From: Candidatus Eremiobacteria bacterium
Lineage (GTDB): Bacteria; Vulcanimicrobiota; Vulcanimicrobiia; Vulcanimicrobiales; Vulcanimicrobiaceae
Assembly: GCA_963737065.1 (NCBI GenBank)
Contig: CAVTRC010000001.1
Span: forward strand, 1,056,001-1,120,000
Length of the DNA stretch: 64,000 nucleotides
Reading direction: 5' to 3'
Below, one piece after another: positions 24,702 to 35,777 of this stretch. The translations under genes and the position numbers were made by a program. The notes under the pieces are model-generated. The model was not told the DNA's origin. It did not search any database and worked only from the letters and a program-made list of their open reading frames with translations. Every line of letters begins with the position of its first letter. The stretch's first letter is position 1.

Positions 24702-27533
24702 CTAGATATGCATGTGCAAGAGAAATCGATACGTTGCCGGCCCGAGCACGTTGCCGGTCGTTGCCGCGAGCGCCGGCAAAGGACGGCCAAATGCATCCGT
24801 CCCGGGCGAGGCCGCGAGCGGGATTGCGATGCCGCCGCCGTAGATCGGCAGATAGCCGGGCCACGCGTTGAATATGTTATCGCCTGAGACTTGGAAATCG
24901 AGGCGCTTCGTCAGCGGAATCCGTAGCGTTGCATTTGCGATCGCGAATGCCGGTTCGTTGAGCGAATTGTTGTTTCCGAAGTACGTCTCGCCAAATGACG
25001 CATACATGCCACTCGGGAATTGGTAGTTGACCTCGGCATAGCCTTGCGAATACGGAATACGCATGTTGCCGTTGTAACTCAATCCGCTGATACCAACGGC
25101 AACTCCGTTCGTATTCTCACCCGAGATGACGTTCAGGTTTTGGTCCTCCGTACAATCCGGTCCCGGAATCGAACAATAGAAATGCGGCGGTAGATTGTAA
25201 TAGAATCCGCGCTGCAGCGCGCCCGAGAGCGTATACCCGAGTCCTACGGCCGGCGTACGATGAATCGACAGTTCTATCCCTTCGAATCGCGCGCTGCTGA
25301 TGTTCGTGTTGGTTTGATTCAAGATCTGCGTGCCGGGCGGCGCGCCGCCCGTGCATGCCACGCCGCTTCCGCAGACCTGCCCGGTGGTCACCGTTTGCCC
25401 GAAGAAGCGATTGTAGAGATTGGTAAGGTAAATGTCGCCCGACGCGATCGTGACGCCGTCTTTCAGCCGGACGTCCGCGCCGACGTCGTAACCGAACGCC
25501 GTTTCGGGACGGAGATTACCGTTGCTCTGCTGTTCGATCGCGAATCCGGACGACGCGTCGTACGACGGCGTCGAGGTAATTTGATTGAGCAGGCCTAGAA
25601 ACGGCGGCGCAATCGAACTGCCGACCGCAAGTCGTAAAGACGTACTGAGATTTGGACGATAAACGAAGCCGACGCGCGGATCGAAATGCGTGTATTTGGT
25701 CGTTTGGAACGCCACGCCGGTTCCGTAGATCGCAGAATCAGCAGTACAATTCCCGCTGGTATCGGTCGGACAATTCACGGGATACGTGCTGCTATACGTG
25801 TTCAAGTACAGGCCGACCGTACTCTCGAGGCGTGACCCCGTATAGAAGTGGCCGCGCAGCAGGTACGTGCTCAGGATTTGCGACGTGCCCGGCGGCAAGT
25901 TGAACCCCACGGAACCGTCCGCGTTGTAGACCCAGTCCGTGCTCTGCGAAAACGTCTTGTCGGCAGAAAACGTAATAAGATTGTCGCCGATCGGATGCTG
26001 ATACTGAATCGTGCCGCCGGACAACTTATCGAGTTCCGGTTCTTGGTAGAAGTCGTTGAAGCCGACTGCGGCCGGCGTTCCATTGAATGTCGAAGACCCG
26101 TTCGAGACACCGTAGAGCCGTACGTTGTTGTAATCGAGGATGTTCGAACTCGTGCCTTGATATTGGAAGCGTGAGATCGCCGCGTGATAATAGCGCGCCA
26201 GCACCGCGTCCTTCCCGATCGTCGTTCCAATTTCACCTTGGAAAATCGGCTCGTTGTTGAATTCGCCGGAGTACGCACCGGGGAAAATGCTCGCGACCTG
26301 TACGGCGCCGGGTTTCAGTGAGCCGCTATACGAGGGATCACCCGGCACGAACATGGCGTTCGTGAAGTCGGACGTGTTGCCGTTTTGGTCGCTCGTCGAC
26401 TGACCGCCCAAATAGCTGCCGGTGATGAACGTCGCGGGCGAAAACTGATATCGAACCTTCACGAGCTCGCCCGTTTGGTCCAGATTTCCGCTGAGCGTAT
26501 AGCAGCAGGCAAGCAACGAGTATTGATTTGTAATACGGCTCGCGGTCGGCGGCACGTAATTTTTCACGGTGTCGCTGGAAAGAGACGTACCGTTGAACGT
26601 CCCGCCGCTCGGGTCGTACAACACTTGCTTGCCGTTGAGCGCCGAAGGATTGTTTTGCGTTGCGACGTCGACGACGAAGCCCAACTTTCCGACGGTGTCC
26701 GAAATCGAAAGATTGGAATACGAACCGCCCCGGTTATCGAAGCCGAAGAGAAGATCGGGAACGGCGCTCGGCGTGGGGTCTTTCGTACGGAAGTTGGTCG
26801 TTCCACCGATCGCGTTATTGACAACCGGCGACTCGGCTCCCGGTCCCTTGATGACCTCGACGCTTCCGAACAGAAAACTATTGAGGAACGTCGTAACGTT
26901 GTCGCCGTACTGACCGACCGAGATCGGATGCCCGTCGATGAGCGAAGCGGTTTCATACGATGTTGCAGCGCGGATGTTGGGAACCGTGATCGCGCCGGGC
27001 GCGGCCGCGTTTGAGCTGTTCGAAGGAAACGATACCTGAACGCCCGGCACTTGACTCAAAACCCGCGTCACCTGCGGCTGTCCCTGATCGACGAAGTTTT
27101 GAGCGGTGACGACGTTCACCGACGCGGGGGATGTATTGATCGAGCCGGACCGGCCGACGCGGACGGTAGCGATCGTCCGCAACGATGAAAATGTCTGCCG
27201 TTCCAGACGGACTGCGACCGTTTGCGTCTGACCCGCGAGCACGACCACGTCGTTTTGGACGGCGGTATTGAAGCCGGCTCTCAACACGGAGATCGTATAG
27301 ACTCCGGGCCGGACGTTCGCGATATGAAAGTCGCCCTTGTCATCGGACACCGCGGTATACGTGGATTCCGCGCGTAAGTTGACGGATGCACCAGTAATCG
27401 GAGAACCGTCCATGTCGCTGACCGTACCCGTCACGGTGCCGGGCGCCGTTTGAGCGACGCATGAAAGCGGACTTGCCGCGGCAAAAGCGACTGCAGCGGC
27501 GAAAGCAAGCAGATATCGCAACGCAACCTCCAT
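24702..27533 (-). CDS. TonB-dependent receptor
   Basis: Signal peptide, carboxypeptidase-regulatory-like domain, VEVIKGPGA..IGGTTN plug, LRPETAFGYDVG. Confidence 0.88.
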   Translation of the reverse strand: MEVALRYLLAFAAAVAFAAASPLSCVAQTAPGTVTGTVSDMDGSPITGASVNLRAESTYTAVSDDKGDFHIANVRPGVYTISVLRAGFNTAVQNDVVVLAGQTQTVAVRLERQTFSSLRTIATVRVGRSGSINTSPASVNVVTAQNFVDQGQPQVTRVLSQVPGVQVSFPSNSSNAAAPGAITVPNIRAATSYETASLIDGHPISVGQYGDNVTTFLNSFLFGSVEVIKGPGAESPVVNNAIGGTTNFRTKDPTPSAVPDLLFGFDNRGGSYSNLSISDTVGKLGFVVDVATQNNPSALNGKQVLYDPSGGTFNGTSLSSDTVKNYVPPTASRITNQYSLLACCYTLSGNLDQTGELVKVRYQFSPATFITGSYLGGQSTSDQNGNTSDFTNAMFVPGDPSYSGSLKPGAVQVASIFPGAYSGEFNNEPIFQGEIGTTIGKDAVLARYYHAAISRFQYQGTSSNILDYNNVRLYGVSNGSSTFNGTPAAVGFNDFYQEPELDKLSGGTIQYQHPIGDNLITFSADKTFSQSTDWVYNADGSVGFNLPPGTSQILSTYLLRGHFYTGSRLESTVGLYLNTYSSTYPVNCPTDTSGNCTADSAIYGTGVAFQTTKYTHFDPRVGFVYRPNLSTSLRLAVGSSIAPPFLGLLNQITSTPSYDASSGFAIEQQSNGNLRPETAFGYDVGADVRLKDGVTIASGDIYLTNLYNRFFGQTVTTGQVCGSGVACTGGAPPGTQILNQTNTNISSARFEGIELSIHRTPAVGLGYTLSGALQRGFYYNLPPHFYCSIPGPDCTEDQNLNVISGENTNGVAVGISGLSYNGNMRIPYSQGYAEVNYQFPSGMYASFGETYFGNNNSLNEPAFAIANATLRIPLTKRLDFQVSGDNIFNAWPGYLPIYGGGIAIPLAASPGTDAFGRPLPALAATTGNVLGPATYRFLLHMHI

Positions 27534-27571
27534 CAGAGGACGTGAGATGATTGCGCGGTATTCGGTACGCG

Positions 27572-29154
27572 TTATCCGGATGACTGCGCCTGTTGCAAAA
27601 AGATCCGCTGAGCGTTGATGTGCATTTCGCCGTTTGCCGGCGTACGGCGCTGATAGGAACCGTTCGCCAGCAACACGCGAGCTTTTACGTTGTCCGACAA
27701 CAGCACGTTGAGAATTTGGCTGGTCAGCAACTCTGCGAGCACCGGATCCAGCACGGGTACCGCTAGCTCCACGCGGCGATCGAGATTGCGTCCCATCCAG
27801 TCCGCACTCGACATGTACACCTCGCGGTTGCCGCCGTTCTCGAACACGTAGATGCGCGAGTGTTCCAGGAAACGGCCCACGATGCTCGTCACGGTGATCG
27901 TGTCGCTGACCCCCGGTATGCCGGGGCGCAGCACGCACATGCCGCGAACGAGCAGATCGATCCGAACACCCGCCTGGGACGCGCGATACAGCGCGCGAAC
28001 GATGTCGGCGTCGGTCACTGAATTTAATTTTGCGCGAATTCCGGCCGGCCGGCCCTCGCGCGCGTGTTCCGTCTCGCGATCGATCATCGATAGCATCTCG
28101 CGACGTAGCGTCACCGGCGCAACGAGCAAGTCCTCGTAGTCCTTGACCTTCGAGAAGCCCGTCAACGCGTTGAAGAGCTGCGTGACGTCCTCACCGAGTT
28201 CGCGGCGGCACGTAAAGAGGCTCAAGTCCGTATACAGCCGCGCCGTCTTCTCGTTGTAATTTCCGGTACCGAAATGCATGTAGCGGCGAATGCCGTCATC
28301 TTCCTGACGCACGACGAGCAGCGTCTTCGCGTGCACTTTCTGTCCCGGGAATCCGTAGACGACGTGAACGCCCGCGCGCTCGAGCCGCTTTGCCCATTCG
28401 ATGTTGTTCTCTTCATCGAAGCGCGCCTTGAGTTCGATGACGACCGCGACTTGTTTCTCGTTCTCGGCTGCCTCGAGCAGCGCGCGAACGATCGGCGAAT
28501 TCTTGCCCGACGTTCGATAGAGCGTCGCTTTGATCGCGAGCACTTGATCGTCTTCGGCTGCCTGCTGCAAGAATTGCACGACCGGATCGAACGATTCATA
28601 GGGATGATGCAGCAGCAGATCCGCATCGCGAATTTGCGCAAACAGATCGGTTTTCCCACGAACCGTACGTGGAATCGCGGGCATGAACGGCGCGTCACGC
28701 AACGTTTCATAGTCCGGCAGACGCGGCGATTTGCCAAAGATCGGAGAGCGCCATCAAGCCGTCGACTTCATAGCAGTCGACGTCCGAGAGATCGAGCGCC
28801 TGCAATAAAAACTCGCGCATGTACTCGGGCATGCCGCGTTCGACTTCCAGCCGCACCGGCTCACCGAAACGCCGGCGCTGTAACTCGCTTTCGATCGCAC
28901 GCAACAGATCGTCCGCTTCATCTTCCTGCAGATCCAGATCGGCATCGCGCGTTACGCGGAAGAGATACGCTTCGCGCACGGCCATGCCGGGGAAGAGCGC
29001 ATCGAGGTGATGGGCGATGAGATCCTCCAGCAGCACAAACCACCGCTCACCGCTCGGAGCACTTTCAACGGGAACGAGCCTCGGAAGCGTCGGCGGAATT
29101 TTCACCCGCGCAAAATGCAGCTCGACTCCTTCCGACGACGGTTCCTGAGATCAA
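27572..29154 (-). pseudogene. ppk1: Polyphosphate kinase 1, 3' part (frameshift near 28725)
   Basis: ELHFARVKIP, FRVTRDAD, LLHHPYESF, IKATLYRTS, ELKARFDEENNI, HFGTGNYN, RFLEHSRI, SSADWMGRNLDRRVE. Confidence 0.95.
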
Positions 29155-30799
29155 TTGCTTCCGCAGCCTGGGCTGGCCTTTGCCGGTCAACGTGCTGTCC
29201 TCGGACCAACGGCCTCAAGCTGACCTCTGGCAAGATCAAGCCGAACAAGATACTGGCCGCGTGTCTGCACCGTGGCGTCACGGACATCATGGGCCTGGAA
29301 GAAAAGCAGGCCATGATCGAATCTACCCTATTCAAGCGGGAGTTTGATCCTGACGAGCGGCGGGCGATCCTGGATTACTGTGCTGGTGATGTACGCGCGC
29401 TGGCGCTGTTGCCGCGCATGGTGGACCAGATTCGACCTGTACAGAGCGCTCATTCGCGGACGCTATATGGGCGCCAGCTCGGCTATGGAGCAGACCGGTG
29501 TCAATGGACACGGAGCTCGCCGGCCTGTTGTCTGCCGTATGGCCGCGATTGGTTGAGGTCATTATCGGCGATGTGGATGGCGCCTATGGTGTGCATCGGT
29601 TCGACAAGAGCGGCGGGCATTTCAATGAGCGGCTATTCCTCGCGTGGTGTGCAGCGAACGGGATTTGCTCGCCCTTGCTGGAAAGTGGTGCGCCCGACCT
29701 GAAGCTGGAGACGTTTCGCGATAATGGCGCAGAGCCGTCCGGGCTTGTCGCAACTGCACCAGCTACGCGCCACGGTCGGGAAGATGCGCAAGCTGAAGCT
29801 TCAGATCGGCAGTGACGGGCAAAGCAGAGCGCTCCTGTCAGCCTTTCAGTCCGTCACGTCACGCAATCAGCCCAGCACCAATAAGTTTCTGTTCGGGCCG
29901 TCGCGCTGGATACGCGGGCTGATCAAACCGGCGCGGGACGAAGCGGTGGCATATCTTGATTGGTCATCGCAAGAGGTGGCGATCGCCGCCGGGCTGTCGG
30001 GCGACGCGCAGATGATTGAGGACTACGGGTCGGACATCTATCTCCGGTCGCACGGGGCCGGATTGGTGCCGGCGGATGCGACCAAGCAAACGCGCATCGC
30101 GAGGCGCGCGACCTGTCCAAGATACTGTTCCTGTTTCACCAGCTACGGATCATCCGCCAAGGGATTTTCAACGCGCTCAGGGCTCGATTTCGCCAAGGCC
30201 AAGGCCCTGATCGGTGTGCATCGGCGCCGCTACGCCCGGTTCTGGACGGTCGCTAGCCCGGCAGGACAGCGCCCTGCTGACCGGCGCGTATCGACTCGCA
30301 GAGCGGTTGGCAGATGTGGATCATGGCCGAGACCAGCGTCAACAGCCTGCTGAACTGGCCGATGCAGACGCACGGTGCGGACATGCTGCGGCTGGCCGTG
30401 ATCGCAGGCATCGACGAAGGGATCGAGATTTGCGCGCCGGTGCATGACGCCTTGCTGATCAAAGCGCCGGCAGAACGGATAGATGCCGACGTGGCGCATA
30501 TGCGCGAGTTAATGACGCAAGCCGGTCATGCTGTCTGCGGGATCCCGGTGCGGACGGACGCGACCGTGGTGCGCTGGCCCTATCGCTTTATGGACGAACG
30601 GGAAGGCTCGCGGGCGATGTGGGAACGGATAACGCAGCGGTTGCTACCGCAGGTGGAGGCGGAGTGTAGGCTGGTGTGCCTGGCTGAGCCAATGCGCGCA
30701 GGAATTGTCCCCGAAATTTGCAGATGGAAGTCACCAGGTTTTATGCTACCACCCCCTTCAAATTGCGGACCCTGTATAGTATTCCTTCCTAGGAACTAA
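29149..30799 (+). pseudogene. Family A DNA polymerase, 5'-truncated with multiple frameshifts
   Basis: EINCFRSLGWPLPVNVL and ILDYCAGDV (exo domain), RNQPS, motif A YLDWSSQE, motif B-like SYG, NWPMQTHGADMLR, motif C PVHDALL, spread over several frames. Confidence 0.88.
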
Positions 30800-30887
30800 C
30801 CTGGACAAACCAATGTAGCAGGACTGATCAAGGTAGGAACGAGGATCGATAAACGATAGCTTACAACCATATAGTGTGGAGCGGTAG

Positions 30888-31370
30888 ATGAACGACAAGC
30901 CGAACAGGTTTGCGAATTACGACGATGTAGCGTTGCCTCCAGAAATAATTCGATACTATCCTAAGCCGAAAAGAACACCAAAGAAGAAGCAAATACCTGG
31001 ATATTTTATGCCGCCTGTTTCATGTCATTTATTGTATTTGGCAACGCAAGCGGCTGGCATAAATGGTGGATTTATTTATTGGTTGATCCGTTTTTATTGG
31101 AATTTGCATAGAAATGGGCCGTTTGCTCGTGAATTCGCCACTGTGCCTACTGAAGATCGCGAGGCTTTGGGCATTTCGCCGGAGGTTTTTAGTCGCACGT
31201 TGGAAAAATTGGTGATTGGCGGGTTGGCAAGGGTCGATAGGGAAAACGGCAAGGCGGTCAGGATTATTTGGGTGGCGACGGAGGATGATCTTGAGCGTGC
31301 GAAGTCGGAAGGCGCGAGTAGCTCGCCCACCGATCTAGAACGTCCCGATCCCGCTCCGCCCGCAAGCTGA
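30888..31370 (+). CDS. Hypothetical protein, possible winged-HTH, low GC
   Basis: GGAG RBS; LGISPEVFSRTLEKLVIGGLARV resembles a wHTH. Confidence 0.6.
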   Translation: MNDKPNRFANYDDVALPPEIIRYYPKPKRTPKKKQIPGYFMPPVSCHLLYLATQAAGINGGFIYWLIRFYWNLHRNGPFAREFATVPTEDREALGISPEVFSRTLEKLVIGGLARVDRENGKAVRIIWVATEDDLERAKSEGASSSPTDLERPDPAPPAS

Positions 31371-31651
31371 TCACCGCCACCGCGTCATCTTCCGGGCCAT
31401 GGCACCAAGCCACGGCAAGGCCTAGCCGGGTCAGATCGGCGAGCAAGCGCTCGTCGTCGGCCCGGACCAGGATGTTGCCGGTCGTGTTCACGTTTCGTGC
31501 AGTATGAGCCGTAGAATTAAATTTCAAGATTTCGCGTGTTGGGAGGTTGATTTTCTCCTCTTTGGCGGTTTCGGGGCTTGATTTTTTCCGCAGTTGTGTC
31601 CCAAATAATCAGTTGATATCAGTTATTCAACGAATTTGGGAATATTTTCCG

Positions 31652-32041
31652 GTGCCAAATGGCGGTGCAAGGCCGGGTGCAGGGCGGCCGCTGGGCTCAG
31701 GCGGTGTGCAGGCCAAGGTGCGGCACAACGTGACCGTAGCGGAGCGTATCGCGCGTGCGACCGTGGCCGACAAGCTGTGCGGAACCGACCGCGATCCAAT
31801 GGAGGTCCTGGCCGAGATCGGTGCGGACAAAGCCGAACCGTCCGTGACGAGGATTTACGCGGCGAGTAAATTGCTGCCGTTCTGCTACGCGCCGGTGCCG
31901 GTCACCCAGGTCACTGTCGGCGTCCGTGTGAATGACGATGCCATGGTTGACGAGATTGTCGATCGCGTCCGCGCCCTCCGCCAGCGCAAAGAGACTGTCG
32001 TGATTGAGCACCGGCCGGCTGCTGCCGAGGGCGACGACTGA
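31652..32041 (+). CDS. Possible terminase small subunit-like protein
   Basis: N-terminal GGARPGAGRP motif, DPMEVL..RIYAASKLLPF; upstream of terL. Confidence 0.5.
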   Translation: MPNGGARPGAGRPLGSGGVQAKVRHNVTVAERIARATVADKLCGTDRDPMEVLAEIGADKAEPSVTRIYAASKLLPFCYAPVPVTQVTVGVRVNDDAMVDEIVDRVRALRQRKETVVIEHRPAAAEGDD

Positions 32042-32042
32042 A

Positions 32043-32114
32043 ATGCCCGATAAGTGCGCTTATCTTGCATTCTTGGCCAGACGTCAGGTTGACGTAACGA
32101 ATATTTGGCCGATT
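32043..32114. other. Two dif-like (11-6-11) tyrosine-recombinase core sites
   Basis: ATGCCCGATAA-GTGCGC-TTATCTTGCAT (32043-32070); minus strand AATCGGCCAAA-TATTCG-TTACGTCAACC (32087-32114). Confidence 0.4.
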
Positions 32115-32749
32115 TCCGTCGGTGTCGTTGCTGAATGCTGCGCGCCTCAGTTGCGTGCGGTGCAGGATGTTGGCCTGAATAACCACAGAATCGGCGCGTT
32201 TTCCGTTTCGCGCGGGACGTGCCGATGTCGGCTGCGGGGCTGGCGGGATCCGCGGCCTCGCAGCTTTTCACGAGATCGGCGTGCTGTGAAGGACACGTCG
32301 ATGGCCGGTGGCGGCGCGCGTTGCCAGCAAGCGTGCGCCCGCCGGCCTCAAAACCAACCGAATCGGGCGCGAGGTGGAAGCGCGTCCGCCTGTCGGCGGG
32401 CTGTTCCGGCCGGTTACGGTTCCCGGTATGCGAGCGCCCGCCGGCTTTTTTCTTGGATCGGCAGGCAGCCATGGGGCTTGCCGTTCGCGGGGCGCGGCGC
32501 TCTGCCCACCTCGGGTGCCGTGTCGGGGCCGGCTGGGCTGTTACCCTTCGCGGGCGCGGCCGGCCTCACCTCGCGTCCATGCCAAAACAGCCACAGGGAG
32601 GCCCCGTACAGGCCCTTGGGGCGTTCCCGGCACCCCAAGCCCGCGGACGTGCGGCGAGGGCTGCCACGCCTCAGCGCTGGCGAACCTCCGCTCAAAAGAT
32701 CGGAGGTCTGGGCGGGGCGGATCACTCCGTTTCCGGAGCTTGGTGAAGC

Positions 32750-32971
32750 ATGAACGAACGCCAGCACGAGGTTGAGCATCGGCGAGCGGCCTACCGGGTG
32801 GCATCTGCCCTCCGACGGCACCATCCCGGCAGGACGGCGCACGTCTTGAGCCGTTGGGCCGAGCTTTGCGCGCAGGCTGAGCGTCTGCCGGCTGGCGAGG
32901 CGCTGCGCCACCATTGGGCGCTGGCGCGGGACGAATTTGCCAGTTTGGACGACGAAGGGCACCGGGGATGA
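32750..32971 (+). CDS. Small hypothetical phage protein
   Basis: ATG start, stop coupled to the next ORF (ATGA). Confidence 0.45.
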   Translation: MNERQHEVEHRRAAYRVASALRRHHPGRTAHVLSRWAELCAQAERLPAGEALRHHWALARDEFASLDDEGHRG

Positions 32972-33223
32972 CGCACGCGGGCAGCATGACCGAGGCGCAA
33001 TGGAAAGCGGCGCGTGCCCGGCTCCGGGACGGCTCGCTGCCGGCAGGCGGCGTCACATCCGCGCCAGTTCCACGCCGCCCGCATCGACCAGCAGCACCAG
33101 CAGCGCGGCCCGTGCGCCGTCGCCGGCACCGATGCGAGGCAAGCCTGCCATGGGGACGCCGAGCAGTATGCAGCCGCGCGCAGGGCGATTGCGCGTGGTG
33201 AGCCGGCGCCGACTTCCTGACGA

Positions 33224-33451
33224 TGCTGGAAACCTGGGAAGCGGCCGAGAAGTGGCTGACTGAATCACGCCCTGCCGTGAAAATCCGCAAGTCATTGAAA
33301 TCGCTAGGCTTTTGGGGTAGGTGAGGCTTGATGGGAAGGCTAATGACACGGCTGATGCTTTGCTGGAGACGTGGGAAGCGGCCGAGAAGTGGCTGACTGA
33401 ATTCCGCCCTGCCGGAAAAAATCCGCAGATCGTTGACGTTGCTAGGCTTTT
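33224..33451 (+). repeat. Imperfect ~90-bp direct repeat (duplicated coding segment LETWEAAEKWLTE)
   Basis: TGCTGGA..GGGAAGCGGCCGAGAAGTGGCTGACTGAAT..GCTAGGCTTT starting at 33224 and 33361. Confidence 0.9.
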
Positions 33452-33523
33452 AAGGGGGCTGAAGGTCAGCAATGCTGCCAAACGGGCACCGGGGCCCGCT
33501 AATGCGAAACAGGAACGAAAGCC

Positions 33524-34125
33524 ATGACACCGGAATACGAACGCCTCATTGACCATGGTCTGCCTGCGCGTGCTCGCGAGGCGTACGAGGATGCGCACAA
33601 GCGTCGTGGTGAGACCGCGGAGCTGTTGCAGCGAGCCCGGCGCAAGGTGGCGATGCGCATTTGGCGAAGCGGGACCTCGTCGCGCACGAAGCCAGCGGCG
33701 CCAAGGTATCGGGCCAGCAGGCGGCTGCGGCCAAGCAGGCCATCGAAGATGTTGAGGCGCATGCTGAGCATCTTGAGCAGTTGCTAGCGGCGCTGGACAA
33801 GCAGCTTCCAGAGCTGGAGCAAGAGTTGCTGAAGGCGGAGGGGCAGAGCTACGTCCCGGTGCTGAATGCTGCGATCGACGAGCAGATTGCGATTGCGGCT
33901 AGGTTTGATGTGAAGAGTGCGGAGCTGGCTGCGATCGTGGCCGAAGGCAACGAGACGCGTGCTGTGATACAGGAGTGCCTGCTGCACAACTGCCCGTTGC
34001 CGGCGCATTTGCGGGCTGATTTTGGTGGCAAGCTGGGTAATTTGCCGGTTGCGATGCCGATGCAGGGCGAGGCGGCCGAGCGCGCCCTCTGGCGCAGACA
34101 TGCGGTGCGCGAGGCGGCGGAGTAG
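33524..34125 (+). CDS. Hypothetical coiled-coil protein, probably frameshifted (33524-33787 and 33661-34125)
   Basis: Overlapping helical ORFs within the element operon. Confidence 0.45.
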
Positions 34126-34133
34126 TTGCGGTC

Positions 34134-34445
34134 GTGGCCAAGGGCCGTGCGTCCATTCGGAAGCTGCGCAAGCAGGCGGAGCAGCGCAATCAGCGCGAGG
34201 TGGAGCGGCGCAGGGCGAAGGAAGCGCGGGACGCTGCCCGAAGGATCGCAATGACTGAGCTAGAGCCCGCCATTGCTGTTGAGCGTCAATGCCGGTGTTG
34301 CCGGAACTGGTCGGCGGACGACGACGGGGATGGGCGGGGTTGTTGCGTCTTTCTGCTCAACGACCGAGCGGCGCGCGGGTGGCGCACGTTGCCTGGTGAT
34401 ACGTGCGACGCGTGGCGGCCCGATAATGACGCCGCACGCGGGTGA
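34134..34445 (+). CDS. Hypothetical Cys-rich phage protein
   Basis: CRCCRNW..GCC..TCDAW; directly upstream of terL. Confidence 0.45.
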   Translation: MAKGRASIRKLRKQAEQRNQREVERRRAKEARDAARRIAMTELEPAIAVERQCRCCRNWSADDDGDGRGCCVFLLNDRAARGWRTLPGDTCDAWRPDNDAARG

Positions 34446-35777
34446 CATTGCCGACGAGCTTGCATCTCTGACCGATGATGAATTGCGTACGGTTTTTGGC
34501 GGCCTGACGCCGCAGCAGCGTGAGCATGTCAAGTATATCTGGCGCCTTTGGGCTCGGCCGGATCAGTTGCCGCCGGAGGGGAGTTGGCGTGTTCACCTAC
34601 TTCTTGGCGGGAGGGCATCCGGGAAGACCCGGGCTGCCTCTGAGTTCATCCGCAACGAGGCGGAGAGCGGACGGCACATCCAGATTGGCGTAATCGGGCC
34701 GACGATGGATGCGGTGAGGCGCGTTCAAATCGAGGGGCCGAGCGGCATTCTGGCCGTAGCGCCGCCGTGGTGCCGACCGGTTTACGAGCCATCGACCAGG
34801 CGCTTGGTTTGGCCGAACGGTGCGATCGCGCATTTGTTCAGCGGGGAGGAGCCGGAGCGTCTCAGGGGGCCAAATCTCTCTCTCATGTGGATCGATGAGC
34901 TGTGCGCGTGCGCTGTAGGCACACAAGAGACGTTATGGAACATGGCGATGATGGCGTTGCGGGTGAACGGGCCGAAGGGTGCGTTGCCCAGGTGCATTGT
35001 CAGCACGACGCCGAAGGCCACGAAGCTGCTCAGAGAAATAGTGGCGGCGCCGACGACGGTGGTGACGAAGAGCCGGACGCTGGACAATGCGCCTAACCTC
35101 GATGCGAGCACGCTCAAGTATCTGACTGACAAATACGCCAACACGACGCTGGGCCGGCAGGAGCTAGAGGCGGAAATTCTGGACGATGTTGAAGGTGCGT
35201 TGTGAATCGGGCGATGCTGGACGAGTGCCGTGTGCCGAAGGTTGATCTTTCGTTTCTACGTCGCGTTGTGGTGGCGGTGGACCCTGCTGGCGGGACGAGC
35301 AAGGGCAGTGCCGAGACAGGGATTGTAGTTGCCGGCGTCGGCGAGGACGGGCATTGCTACGTGCTGGCCGACATGAGCGGGCACTTCAGTCCGGACCGTT
35401 GGGCACGGCGCGCGATTGACGCTTATCACCAATACCGGGCAGACCGCATCGTCGCAGAAGCCAACTTCGGCGGCGAAATGGTGCGCGAGACCATCCGGGC
35501 GGCGGGTACTGCGGCGATACCGGTAACGCTGGTGAGCGCCAGCCGAGGCAAGCAATTGCGTGCGGAACCGGTGGTGGCCCTCTACGAACAGTCGCGCGCA
35601 CACCACGTTGGCAGCCCGCTGTCGGGATTAGAGGATCAGATGTGTCAGTGGTGCCCGACCGAGCCGGGACCGTCGCCCGATCGCGTCGATGCGCTGGTTT
35701 GGTCCGCGACCGAACTGATGCTGGCGGCGCAGGTCCGACCGGCGCGGTTTACCAACATCGATTGGATTCAGCGGTGA
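34426..35777 (+). CDS. terL: Phage terminase large subunit, frameshift near 35203
   Basis: ARPDQLPP, Walker A GGRASGKT, PERLRGP, Walker B WIDE, STTPK, LGRQELEAE; nuclease domain VAVDPA..ETGIVVAG..EANFGG..SPDRVDALVW; one missing base splits EGALWNR. Confidence 0.93.

Noticed and set aside
29140..29165. attL/attR core or transposon terminal inverted repeats at the element ends
   Set aside because: Only a 6-bp GATCAA match; no longer core, no inverted repeats, no integrase or transposase
33224..33451. DGR template/variable repeat pair
   Set aside because: Differences are not confined to adenines, include an indel, and no reverse transcriptase is present
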